Below, one piece after another: positions 33,251-43,300 of a stretch of DNA of 64,000 nucleotides. Source of the DNA: an uncultured cyanobacterium. Its GTDB lineage: Bacteria > Cyanobacteriota > Vampirovibrionia > Vampirovibrionales > JAGQHJ01. Location of the stretch: assembly GCA_937922745.1 (NCBI GenBank), contig CALAJO010000037.1, positions 1,240-65,239 of the forward strand. Reading direction: 5' to 3'. The notes under the pieces were generated by a model. It was not told the origin of the DNA. It saw only the letters and a list, made by a program, of their open reading frames with translations, and made no database searches. The stretch's first letter is position 1. Each line of letters begins with the position of its first letter. A program made the position numbers and the translations under genes.

Positions 33251-33577
33251 TTGGGCGGCCTTTTAGCAATAACGCATTACGATTCTTTATCATTATCTTA
33301 ATCGGTTTTTTGTCCGCTGCGGCAGGCCCCTGTTGTCAAGTGTTTAAAATCCCTGCTAACGGATTTATTGAGGGATCGTAAGGATATATTTTGTTTTCCG
33401 GGGAATTGGCTTTGAACGTACTGAATTTCAAAAATGGGTTCGATCGTTCATTTTTAAAAGGTTAGGAGAGGTTGAAAACATCGTTTGGCAGGCAAATTGT
33501 GCCAAAACACTAGATAAAGTATATAGAAGGCGCTATAATGATGGTGAATAACCATAATCAAGGGATGCTGAAACACA

Positions 33578-34225
33578 TTGGTAGAAACCACGGTTCGATA
33601 CGCGAATGTTACGGAAGAAGCCATCCGCACATGGCTTAAAAATCGCCTTAGCGAAGATCGGTTTATGCACTCGCTGGGTGCGCAGCAAAAGGCAATCGAA
33701 CTGGCCCGCAACTTTAAGTTTGACCAGGATGTGATAGAGAAGGCGGGCATGGGTGGCTTACTGCATGATGCCGCCAAGCTGATGACCCCGCAAGAATTGC
33801 TGGAAGCCTGTAATACTTTCGATGTGCCCGTGACCGAGGATGAGAAGCGTTCTCCGCAAACGCTGCACCCCTTCGTCGGGGCTGAAATGGTGAAGTGGGA
33901 ATTTGGCATTACCGAGCCCGATATTATCAACGCCATCCGGTATCACACCACGGGCCGCGCAGGGATGACCCCGGTTGAAAAACTGGTTTTTATAGCCGAT
34001 AAAATAGAGGGGAATACGCGGAATCCCTTGTACATCCAAAAAATAACCGCGTTGATGAATTACCGGGATAGCCAAACGCTTGATAAAGTAATGTTATACA
34101 TCCTGGATTCCACGATTACGTTCCTGATCGAAAAGCGTCAAATCATTCACCCCCGAACCATAGAGGCACGCAACGATATGGTTCAATCCATTAAGGCACA
34201 TAACAGGGAGAACCTGAACCAATAG
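33578..34225 (+). CDS. yqeK: HD-domain hydrolase YqeK (bis(5'-nucleosyl)-tetraphosphatase, symmetrical)
   Basis: H..GAQQKAIELA...LLHDAAK HD motif; 215 aa; followed by rsfS as in nadD-yqeK-rsfS clusters. Confidence 0.8.
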   Translation: MVETTVRYANVTEEAIRTWLKNRLSEDRFMHSLGAQQKAIELARNFKFDQDVIEKAGMGGLLHDAAKLMTPQELLEACNTFDVPVTEDEKRSPQTLHPFVGAEMVKWEFGITEPDIINAIRYHTTGRAGMTPVEKLVFIADKIEGNTRNPLYIQKITALMNYRDSQTLDKVMLYILDSTITFLIEKRQIIHPRTIEARNDMVQSIKAHNRENLNQ

Positions 34226-34236
34226 GAGGATACTAT

Positions 34237-34626
34237 TTGAGAAAAACAGCACCGATTTCTTCATTTGACGTGGCCGCCCTGGCAGCCAACCTGGCCGAAG
34301 ACAAGAAGGCAAAGGACATCCTGGTGCTAAGCACCGATCAAGTGTCCAACCTCGCGGATTATTTCGTGATCGCCTCCGTGGAAAGCCGAACGCAAATGAA
34401 AGCCCTTGCGGAACATCTGGTGAAGTCTCTCAAATCCAAAAACATTCAGGCCTATGGGCAGGAAATCGACAAGGCTGGGCGCTGGTCGCTACTCGATTTT
34501 GGCGATGTCGTCGTCCATCTGTTCCACCAGGAAGACCGGGAGTTTTACAACCTGGAGCGCTTCTGGAACCACGCGACCGAAGTATCCCGCGATGGTTGGC
34601 TAAAGGAACAACGCCAGGCTTCCTGA
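34237..34626 (+). CDS. rsfS: Ribosomal silencing factor RsfS (Iojap)
   Basis: DYFVIASVESRTQ...GDVVVHLFHQEDREFYNLERFW conserved Iojap signature. Confidence 0.9.
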   Translation: MRKTAPISSFDVAALAANLAEDKKAKDILVLSTDQVSNLADYFVIASVESRTQMKALAEHLVKSLKSKNIQAYGQEIDKAGRWSLLDFGDVVVHLFHQEDREFYNLERFWNHATEVSRDGWLKEQRQAS

Positions 34627-34937
34627 TACAAGCGGGTTGGGACGTCACATCATATTAAGGGCAAGCATTTGCTGGTTCTAAACTGCGAATGTATTCTCAA
34701 TCTTGGCTCTAGAAGATAATTAGGCCGAGCGCAGCGGCGCAGCCGCAAGCGAAGGCCAAAAAATATATCAGGGGAGGAGTCCAGAGGAGGGAACGGCCTC
34801 TGGATCTTCAGTAAACATCGTGCAGAGCATTTTTCCAGCCAACTCTGCTTATATTTATGTTACAAACCGATGCGTTGTTAAAGATTCGGCCGGGAAATAC
34901 CGAAGACCGTTTAAGAGACGGGTAGCGGTTCAGGCGA

Positions 34938-36275
34938 ATGATAATCGATACAACCATCGGTTTTTACATTATCGGCGCACTCATGTGCCTGATAACCGTG
35001 CTGTCCGTCCTGCTCGTGATTTTAAAAAAGAAGGGCCAGGCCGAAGCGCAGGCCGAGGTTGACCTGGAAACCCTGTTTGTTACCGGCAACCGCTACTACG
35101 AAGAATACAAATACCGCGAAGCCCTGGAATGCTACCTCCAGGTTGTCAAGCTGGAGCCTGGACATCTGGCGGCCAACTTCAAGATTGCCCGCATCTATAT
35201 GGGCATGGAGCAATATGCCAAGGCAGAAGAGATTTTTACCCGTCTCATCCAGTATTACCCCGATTCCGATGAGATTATTTACGAGCTGGCGCGGGTGTAC
35301 TTTAACCAGGGCCGATTTGAGGAGGCGTTGGAGCGGGTGGAGCGACTGTTAAAACTGGTTTCTGAGCATTTGGATGGGATGAAGCTGAAGTGCAGGATTC
35401 TGGCGGAACTCAACCGCTGGAGCAAGCTGATCCCACTGGCCCAGGACATCCTGACGCGAGAGCCGGAAAACGTCGATATGCTTTTTCTCTTGGGAAAAGC
35501 TTTCCAGATGGAGAAGCGCTTTGAGGATGCGTTAAAAGCCTACCACACCTTGCTGGAACAGGATAAACGGGATAAGCGAGACCTGAAATACCAGATTTAC
35601 CTCATCTACGAGTACCAGGGCCTGCACGATGAGGCCATTGCCATCCTGGAGAACATTATGAAAAGCGGCACCGGCACGGTGTCCAACGATAAAATCAAGT
35701 CCGAACTCGTTGCCTGCTGGTGCCGCAAAGGGCACGAGCAACTGCGGCTCAACCAGTTTACAGAGGCCCTGGCCTGTTTCGATATTGCCGCGACGTACGA
35801 CAAGAACAACGCCGAGGTGTTCCGCGGCAAGGCCAAAGTCTACGCCAGGCAGGAAAAAAACGACCTGGCCCTGCAATTCTACCAGAAGGCGCTGGAGGCG
35901 GGCCCGGATAGCAGCATTGTGCATATGGAACTGGCCAAGCTGTACGAAAAAACCAACCAGATTCCAGAGGCCATCGAGGTGATGCTTCAGGCGGAGGCGT
36001 ATCTGCCCACCGCCAAGGTCTACTATTATCTGGGCACGCTGTATGGCGAAAGCGGGGATCTGGATCATTGCATCCACTACCTTCGCCTGGCCATCGAGAA
36101 GGATCCCCGGTTTACGGATGCGTATTACAACCTGGGCGTTGCGCTGGAGCATCAGCATAACCTGAAAGAAGCGCTCAATATGTACAAGCGCGCCATGGAG
36201 CTGGACAAGACCCATCACGAGGCCAAGACCAACTTTAAGTACCTGCAAAACCGCTTGCAGGGCAAATTAGTTTAG
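34938..36275 (+). CDS. Tetratricopeptide-repeat protein with N-terminal transmembrane anchor
   Basis: N-terminal hydrophobic helix then more than 8 TPR-like 34-aa repeats (W/LG/Y-A-F-A-P pattern). Confidence 0.7.
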   Translation: MIIDTTIGFYIIGALMCLITVLSVLLVILKKKGQAEAQAEVDLETLFVTGNRYYEEYKYREALECYLQVVKLEPGHLAANFKIARIYMGMEQYAKAEEIFTRLIQYYPDSDEIIYELARVYFNQGRFEEALERVERLLKLVSEHLDGMKLKCRILAELNRWSKLIPLAQDILTREPENVDMLFLLGKAFQMEKRFEDALKAYHTLLEQDKRDKRDLKYQIYLIYEYQGLHDEAIAILENIMKSGTGTVSNDKIKSELVACWCRKGHEQLRLNQFTEALACFDIAATYDKNNAEVFRGKAKVYARQEKNDLALQFYQKALEAGPDSSIVHMELAKLYEKTNQIPEAIEVMLQAEAYLPTAKVYYYLGTLYGESGDLDHCIHYLRLAIEKDPRFTDAYYNLGVALEHQHNLKEALNMYKRAMELDKTHHEAKTNFKYLQNRLQGKLV

Positions 36276-36356
36276 TAACCCCTATACTTTACAGGGAGCA
36301 TAAAAATGTCTTGAGTGGCTTTAATAAATTGTATTCTTGTGATTGGAGCTTGATTA

Positions 36357-37376
36357 ATGAAACAAGTTGCATTGAATACTATTCCCCTGAGGTTGTGTCC
36401 AACAATCTCTACTCAGTCATCGCCACAACCTGTGTTTACTCCAAGGTTTCAAGGTCTTGCTCAATCCGGTATTAAAGATGCGAATACAGATGGGACTTGC
36501 TTGACACAGCTATTAAATCTGTTGGGTAGTCTCTTTCAGCGTCTTCTAACATACCTGGTGAATTCAATGCCGGTTCTTTTAAGCAATAAAGCAAAATCAA
36601 CAGCCTCCGCTACAGTTCCAAGCCGACCGGATAATTCTCAGTCGGATGATAATAAAGTGCCACCTGAAACAGCTGTGCAAACTAACACAGTAAATTTACA
36701 AGATGTTTTGAGACTGAAGCACGCTGCTATTCATGAATTAGGACATGCCATTCTGGCTAAAGTATTAGGTTTCAAGGTAATTTCGATAACCATTCTTCCG
36801 GACTTCAAGAAGCAAAATAATGGGAAGGTTGTTGTCCAAAATATTCAAGCTTCGCTTCCAGCTGCTTTAGCTTACAAAATTGCAGGTTATGCTGCGGCTC
36901 AATCTAAATTTTTTCCACAATTAAAAAATCTAGATGCTGATATAAGAGAGATTGCCCAAAATGAAGCAGTCCTAAACTGTAAAGGTGATATTAACGACAT
37001 TCGACAGTATCTTAAGATAAATGCATCCAGATTAAAAAAGTCATTTCCAAAAGCTAAATTGCATCTTGAAACCATACACCTCCCTCAAATAGTGAATAAA
37101 GAAGATTTTGCCAAGATGGCGCAACCTATCTATCAGACACTCCAGTATCCATTAGTAAACCAGGCATTACAGGTCGCTTTATCCCTGCTTCAACGAATTC
37201 CTTCGCACCAATTTGATCGAATGGTTACGGAACTTATAAACATTAAGCAGCTTACGACTTCCCAGGAGGTAGATGCTTTCTTGTGCAGGCATCTCGGCAC
37301 TTACTTTAACTGGCCAATTCTTAGGCAGAACGCCAAACAACAACTACAAGCCATAGAGAGACAGTGGAGCTTATAA
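36357..37376 (+). CDS. HExxH protein with site-2-protease/M50-like active-site signature (AAIHELGHAILAKVLGFKV...ILPDFKKQNNGKVVV) but no obvious TM core
   Basis: HELGHAxxAxxxG followed by an I-LP-G-like strand as in SpoIVFB/RseP; Ser/Pro-rich N-terminus; family assignment tentative. Confidence 0.5.
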   Translation: MKQVALNTIPLRLCPTISTQSSPQPVFTPRFQGLAQSGIKDANTDGTCLTQLLNLLGSLFQRLLTYLVNSMPVLLSNKAKSTASATVPSRPDNSQSDDNKVPPETAVQTNTVNLQDVLRLKHAAIHELGHAILAKVLGFKVISITILPDFKKQNNGKVVVQNIQASLPAALAYKIAGYAAAQSKFFPQLKNLDADIREIAQNEAVLNCKGDINDIRQYLKINASRLKKSFPKAKLHLETIHLPQIVNKEDFAKMAQPIYQTLQYPLVNQALQVALSLLQRIPSHQFDRMVTELINIKQLTTSQEVDAFLCRHLGTYFNWPILRQNAKQQLQAIERQWSL

Positions 37377-40247
37377 ACTGACTGCTTCTAAACAGCCAGC
37401 GCAAATTTCCGGATGGCTGGCATGTTGGCCCACGCTGGGCAGGTATTTCCAGCAGCGAACGCACTTGGAATTCGCTGACTTAACCGCATAAACCGTGATG
37501 TCCAAGCCAGCCGACCCTTCGGATTGACCGATTACCTCGGCTGGCACTACTTCGGCTACCTGGACGCCGGACGTGATAAACAGGGCGGCCATGTCTGTGG
37601 CTTCAATGCTTTGTAGCAGGCTTCTCAGTGCATCCGCTTTCGGAACCAGATGAACCACGGCTTCCAGGGAGCTGCCGATGAGCCCTTCCGCACGGGGGCG
37701 CTCCAGCGCCAGGTTAACCGCTTCCTTGACCTTGAGCAGTTGCTTAAACCGGCTGTCCACTTCCGGGCTAAAGTAGGTGCGATTCACCGAGGGCCATGGG
37801 GCCATCAAGATGCTCATCGGGGCTTCCGGCTGGCCGAATGTGGGTTTATGCTCCGCCGGGATGTTCAGCCAGATGTCCTCTGCCAGGTGCGGCATCACCG
37901 GCACCAGCATGGGGGTCAGCGTCGCCAGCAGCTCGTATAAAACCGTCTGGACGGCTCGGCGTTGCGGGGACTTGGCGTGGGAGGTGTACAGGATGTCCTT
38001 CGTCACGTCGAAATACAGCGAACTCAGCTCCGTGACGCAGAAGTTTTGCAGCACCTGGTAATACTTGTGGAACTCATAGCCGTCAAAGGCCTCCGTAAGG
38101 GTTTCCACAACAGTCTGAAGGCGATGGAGCAGGTATTGATCCAGCAGGGACAAGTCCTCGTAAGCAACGCGATCCTGGACTGCATCGAACCCGGACAGGT
38201 TGCCCAGGATAAAGCGGATGGTATTCCTGACTTTGCGGTAAACCTCCGCCAACTGTCCCAGGATTTCCTTGCCGATGCGGACGTCGTTGGTATAGTCCAC
38301 GCTGGCAACCCACAGCCGAAGCACATCCGCGCCCATCTGCTTAATAACGTCCAGCGGATCGACGACATTGCCCAAACTCTTGCTCATCTTGCGCCCATCC
38401 GGATCCAGCACGAACCCGTGGGTGAGGACGCTTTTGTAGGGCCGTTCGCCGCGAACCGCCACGCTGGTCAACAGGGAAGACTGAAACCAGCCGCGATGCT
38501 GATCCGAGCCTTCCAGGTAAAGCTCCACCGGCAAGTGTCCCAGCTCATCGGCGCGCTGTTCAACCACGGCCGTATGGGATACACCGCTATCGAACCAGAC
38601 GTCCATGATGTCCATTTCCTTGGAGAATTCCGTATGGCCGCACTTACCGCAGGCAAAGCCGTCACCCAGCAATGTCCGGGCATCATACGCCCACCACGCA
38701 TCGGAAGTTTCCTGCTCAAAGCGCTGGGAAACCTGGTCGATAGTTTGCTGGTTGATCAGCGGCTCGTTACACTGCTGGCAGTAAAAAACAGGGATTGGGA
38801 CGCCCCAAACCCGCTGACGGCTGATACACCAGTCCGATCGGTTCTCGATCATGCTGGTAATGCGGTGTTCACCGCGGGCCGGAACCCAATCCACCTTGCG
38901 GATCTCTTCCAGCGTCTTGGCCCGGAAGCCATCGATGCTGACAAACCATTGTTCCGTAGCACGGTAGATAACCGGGTTATGGCAGCGCCAGCAATGCGGG
39001 TAGCTATGATTGAACTTCTCGTGAGATAGCAGTGCCCCGACTTCCTGAAGCGCCTCGATGACGGCAAAGTTCCCTTTCTCGTAATGAAGCCCTGCGAACC
39101 GTTCCCCGGCCTCCTCGGTAAAGGTGCCTTTGGGAGACACCGGGGAGAGGATGCCCAGGTTATACTGTTGCCCCACCAGGTAGTCCTCGTGGCCATGGCC
39201 GGGTGCAGTGTGGACAATCCCGGTTCCGGCCTCGGCCGTGACGTGGTCGCCCAGCACAGTGGGGCTCAGGCGGTCATAAAGCGGATGCTTTGGCTTCAAA
39301 TGCTCCAGTTGGTCGCCCATCATCTTGTGGACGATGGTGTAATCGGTCAGGCCGACTTTATCAATAAACGCCTGGGACAGTTCTTCCGCCATGACCAGGG
39401 TGCCCCATTGGGGCGTTTTGATGAACACGTACTGCATCTTGGCGTTGAGCGCCAGGCCCAGGTTAGCCGGGATGGTCCAGGGCGTCGTCGTCCAGATGAC
39501 GAAGTAGGTGTTGGGCCATTCGCTGGCCACTTCGGGCGGCAAGCCTGCCGGTTGAACCTCTCCCGAATTGAAGCGCACAAAGATACTTTGGGACGTATGA
39601 TCCGCGTACTCCACCTCGGCTTCAGCCAGCGCGGTTTCACAGGAGGAACACCAGTAAACCGGCTTCAGGCCCTTGTAAACGTAGTTTTTCTGATACATTT
39701 CCCAGAACAGGCGAATCTGGATGGCTTCGAATTGCCCATCAATCGTAATGTACGGCTGCGACCAATTTCCCCAGATGCCCAAGCGCTTGAAATTCTGCTC
39801 CTGCCCTTTGAGGTTGTGCAGGGCAAATTCCCGACAGCGCTTGCGCAGTTCGGTTTCCGTAATGGCTTGGCGGCCCCCTTTAATGGACTTGACAACCGCG
39901 TTTTCAATCGGCAGCCCGTGCCCGTCATATCCGGGGACATAGGGCGAGTAAAAGCCCTGCTGAGTCTTATACTTGGTCACGATATCCTTTAAGATCTTGT
40001 TTAGCGCGGTGCCGATATGAATTTTGTCGGCGCTGAGGTACGGCGGGCCATCATGCAACAGGAACCGATGGGCTTTATCGCGTGCCGACTGTACTTTCTC
40101 ATACACCTGGTTTTCTTCCCAAAAGGCTTCGAGTTCGGGTTCACGGGTGGCAGCGCCGGCCTTCATTTTAAAGTCCGTCTGGGGCAGGTTCAGCGTGGCC
40201 TTATAATCCATCGCGGTGTTTTGTGTGGCAGAAGTCCCGTCGCTCAT
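37371..40247 (-). CDS. ileS: Isoleucine--tRNA ligase
   Basis: HIGH-like (PYLSADKIHIGTA), KMSKS, and C-terminal zinc finger CVRCW...CAGC; 958 aa. Confidence 0.95.
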   Translation of the reverse strand: MSDGTSATQNTAMDYKATLNLPQTDFKMKAGAATREPELEAFWEENQVYEKVQSARDKAHRFLLHDGPPYLSADKIHIGTALNKILKDIVTKYKTQQGFYSPYVPGYDGHGLPIENAVVKSIKGGRQAITETELRKRCREFALHNLKGQEQNFKRLGIWGNWSQPYITIDGQFEAIQIRLFWEMYQKNYVYKGLKPVYWCSSCETALAEAEVEYADHTSQSIFVRFNSGEVQPAGLPPEVASEWPNTYFVIWTTTPWTIPANLGLALNAKMQYVFIKTPQWGTLVMAEELSQAFIDKVGLTDYTIVHKMMGDQLEHLKPKHPLYDRLSPTVLGDHVTAEAGTGIVHTAPGHGHEDYLVGQQYNLGILSPVSPKGTFTEEAGERFAGLHYEKGNFAVIEALQEVGALLSHEKFNHSYPHCWRCHNPVIYRATEQWFVSIDGFRAKTLEEIRKVDWVPARGEHRITSMIENRSDWCISRQRVWGVPIPVFYCQQCNEPLINQQTIDQVSQRFEQETSDAWWAYDARTLLGDGFACGKCGHTEFSKEMDIMDVWFDSGVSHTAVVEQRADELGHLPVELYLEGSDQHRGWFQSSLLTSVAVRGERPYKSVLTHGFVLDPDGRKMSKSLGNVVDPLDVIKQMGADVLRLWVASVDYTNDVRIGKEILGQLAEVYRKVRNTIRFILGNLSGFDAVQDRVAYEDLSLLDQYLLHRLQTVVETLTEAFDGYEFHKYYQVLQNFCVTELSSLYFDVTKDILYTSHAKSPQRRAVQTVLYELLATLTPMLVPVMPHLAEDIWLNIPAEHKPTFGQPEAPMSILMAPWPSVNRTYFSPEVDSRFKQLLKVKEAVNLALERPRAEGLIGSSLEAVVHLVPKADALRSLLQSIEATDMAALFITSGVQVAEVVPAEVIGQSEGSAGLDITVYAVKSANSKCVRCWKYLPSVGQHASHPEICAGCLEAVSL

Positions 40248-40369
40248 CGTTCGTCAATCCTATCTCATCGTTATTCAGGCCGGGATTGTTCCTTAACTGG
40301 CGGCGATGCGCCGAGCCAGCCAACCCCGTTGGGTGTGACACGCAAATGTCCTTCCTAATTGAATCCGAA

Positions 40370-43300
40370 CTAGCTGACTTTTTCAAGCTGGGTTAACTTG
40401 GGATCCAAAAGTCGTTTGCCGATCCCTTCAAACGTAATGTTGAGGATGACCTGGTTATCGTCCATCGTAATCACGCGCTTGATAACCCCTTTACCATACC
40501 GCTGGTGTCGTACTTCTTCTCCTGCCTTGTATTCCACCGAAACGGACGGCGCAAGATTCGACTTGACGACGGGTATTCCCATGCCCTCTGCCGCTGGCGG
40601 CGTGTGGCTCGATGGATGCGGATCCGCTTGCTGGGGCAATATGTCCTGGTCGTGGAGTTCGGTGTACTGCACGGGCCGGGCTTCCTCAAAATCCAGCCCC
40701 AGGGAGAAATCCATCAGGTCATCCGCATTTTGATCGCCGTAGAGGAAATCAAGCGGATCTTTTTCGCTCCCGGTGTTGGCCGGAGCTTCGTTCTGCTCCG
40801 CGTGGGGCGGCTGATGCATCCATTCATCTGCGTTCAACTCCTGCAGGATATCACTCATTCCCTCCGTCTGCTGCTGGTGGATAGCGGTTGGGGTCGCCTG
40901 CTGTTCCGGCTCCTTGAAGTCCGAGAAATCAAAGTCGAGCGCCATCTCATCGTCAAAACCAAGCGCTGCGGTATCCAGGTGAAAAGGCGCTTCTTCCTCC
41001 TGTGCGATATCTGCCGGGGCAGAAGGCGTTGTCGATTCAGGCGGGGTCACTTCCAGCATGGATAAATCAAAGTCATTGCCCAGTTCTTCCGACGCCAGGG
41101 GCTCCAGTTGAAGCGATGGCGGCACGGGCTGCTGCGATGCCGAAACCGCGTTTTCCATCTCATCCCAATTGATATCCAGCCCCGGATCCAACTCAGGCGT
41201 ACTTGCCTGGGCTGAAGGCTCCTCATCCAGGCGCAGGGAAGGAGGCAGGAGGTTCTCGGAGCCATCGCCATCCGGTGCCGCAAATTCCATGTTCAACGCA
41301 AGCAGGGCTTCCAGGTTGGCATCCGGTTGAGGATCATTCATGGTGGCGTCCATCGCCGGATGCGGCATATCCAGAAAAGCTTCGCCGCTGGCCACAACCT
41401 GTTCCTTATCCAGCGTGGCATGCTTGTTGGGATTGATAAAGGTAGGCGGTTCGCTAGAATCCAGCAGGGCATCGTTGTCCAGGTCAAAGAACGGCAATGC
41501 GCCCGGCGATTCATGTTCTGGAGATACCCCTTCTTCCTGGGCAGGAGATTGCCCTTCGTTGAGATACGCCTGTAACCAGTCTTCCTCCTGTGGCATTGCT
41601 TCCTGTGCGGGCATTGCGGGTGCTGGGGCCGGTGCGTTTTCAACCGGTTGGGCGGCTGCCATCCGGGCGTTTTCTCCCAGCAGCGCCAGCAGATCCTCAT
41701 CGTTAAACCCTGCGCCCACCACGGTAACGTTTTCCTCGGGGTTGGAGGAAATGGCCGACGCAAGGGGGATATGCGCCTGCGCTTCATCGCCTTGGTTGTG
41801 GCCTAACTCCTGGAGATAAGCGAGCGCGTCATCCCGGTTCATATCCGAGGAGGCTTCCCCGTCCGGGCCTTTAATGTACACCTTGTCGTACACGGTTTGC
41901 GAGCTGGACTTGTACTCGGCATCCAGCTCCAGTTGCTCCGTATCCGTTTCCAGCTTTTTCTCGTGGACGGTTTCGATCAGATCCGGGGCCATATTGCCAA
42001 ACGGGCTTTCTTCCAGCTCTAGCGTGCCCAGTTCACCGTCCAGAGACAGTTCGGCCTGGCCCGGAACAAAGTCTACCTGGGGCATGCCCTTGGTAATATT
42101 CGGTATTTCCCGTTGCACGAGGAGGTAAAGCCCTTGCTCATCCGGGGAGGAAAGGCCGGACAGCTCCAGGCCGGAGAAATCCAGCCCCATTAAGTCATTT
42201 TCCGCAGGAGGCAATGGGTTGGGCTGCATTGCGCTTTGGCTTGCCTCAACCGGCGGCTCCAAAGCCTCCGGCAAGCCGGGCAGATCCAAAGCAACCGGCT
42301 CTGGGTTCAATATCATCTCCTGGGGCAACGTCAGCGATTCATCATGGGGCGCTTCTGCCGGCTCGGATTGTGTGGGTTCGGTGGCGGTTTCATTGAAAAT
42401 GGGTTCGTTTGCTGCATTTTCAGTCTTGGGGGCTGTATCATTCCAGCTTAGCAGTTCCGCCTCAAAGGAATCGAAAGAGGTCGGCAGATCCAAATCCAAC
42501 TGCGGCAAGTCGCCAAGGGCATTATGTTCCGATTCTTGCAGCTCGGGGGAGGGCTCTGGCGCGTCATCTACAGCTAACGGCTGGAACGGTGGCATGGCTT
42601 CGGTTTGCTCCTCAATGCCGTCGCTTTGTTCTACAAAGCTGTCGAACAGGGCTTCCTCAAACGCCAGGGATTGCTCCAGGCTTTCGGAAAGCATCTGGAC
42701 GGGTTCTTTGGGTTCTGCCTGGACGGGAGTATCCGGTGCATGGTCTTGCGGGGGATGCTCCGGTTGCGCCGTATCCGAGGCTGGCATTTGCGAGGGCAGG
42801 TCGAGATCCAGTGACCCGAAGTCCAGGTTGAATGACGCCATGGACAGTTCCGGCATGTCGTCTTCAGGCGGATGATTGACCGGCTGGGGCGTTTCGGTTG
42901 TAGAAGGCAGTTCCTCTGCCGGGAGCGTATGCTGGAGCAATGTTTCTATGTTCACTTCCTCAGAGGCAACGTTTTCAGGAGGAGGGTTTTCCGAGGGAGC
43001 CGTGTTTGCTTCAACTGTTTCGTTTAATGAGGGCAGGGTGTCCAGCCCATCGAAATTCAGGTCGAACGAAGCCTCGGTTTGCATTGGGGTGGAATGATCC
43101 GATCTCAGAAAGCCGTCAAAATCCGATAACTCTTCATCGAAGACATCTGGACTCGGCGGCGTCAAGCTTTCCGTGGGTGTCGCGTCGGGTGTGCTTCGCA
43201 TAAACCTGTCGAATTCCGCCAAGTCGGGATCCGCATCGAAGCTGCGAATGGGTGTTTTCGGGGCAGGTTCGACAGCTTGCGCTTGTTGGGAGGAAACAGG

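Noticed and set aside
34820-35062. 80-aa + strand ORF overlapping the start of the TPR gene
   Set aside because: Different frame overlapping a better-supported gene; Arg-rich, no SD
37962-39992. 355-aa and 302-aa + strand ORFs inside ileS
   Set aside because: Antisense artefacts; no start context
40248-40369. T-box leader upstream of ileS
   Set aside because: The gap is only 122 nt and lacks the AAUUAGGGUGGNACCGCG T-box motif (only a partial 'aattagg'); ileS may be co-transcribed with the upstream giant gene instead
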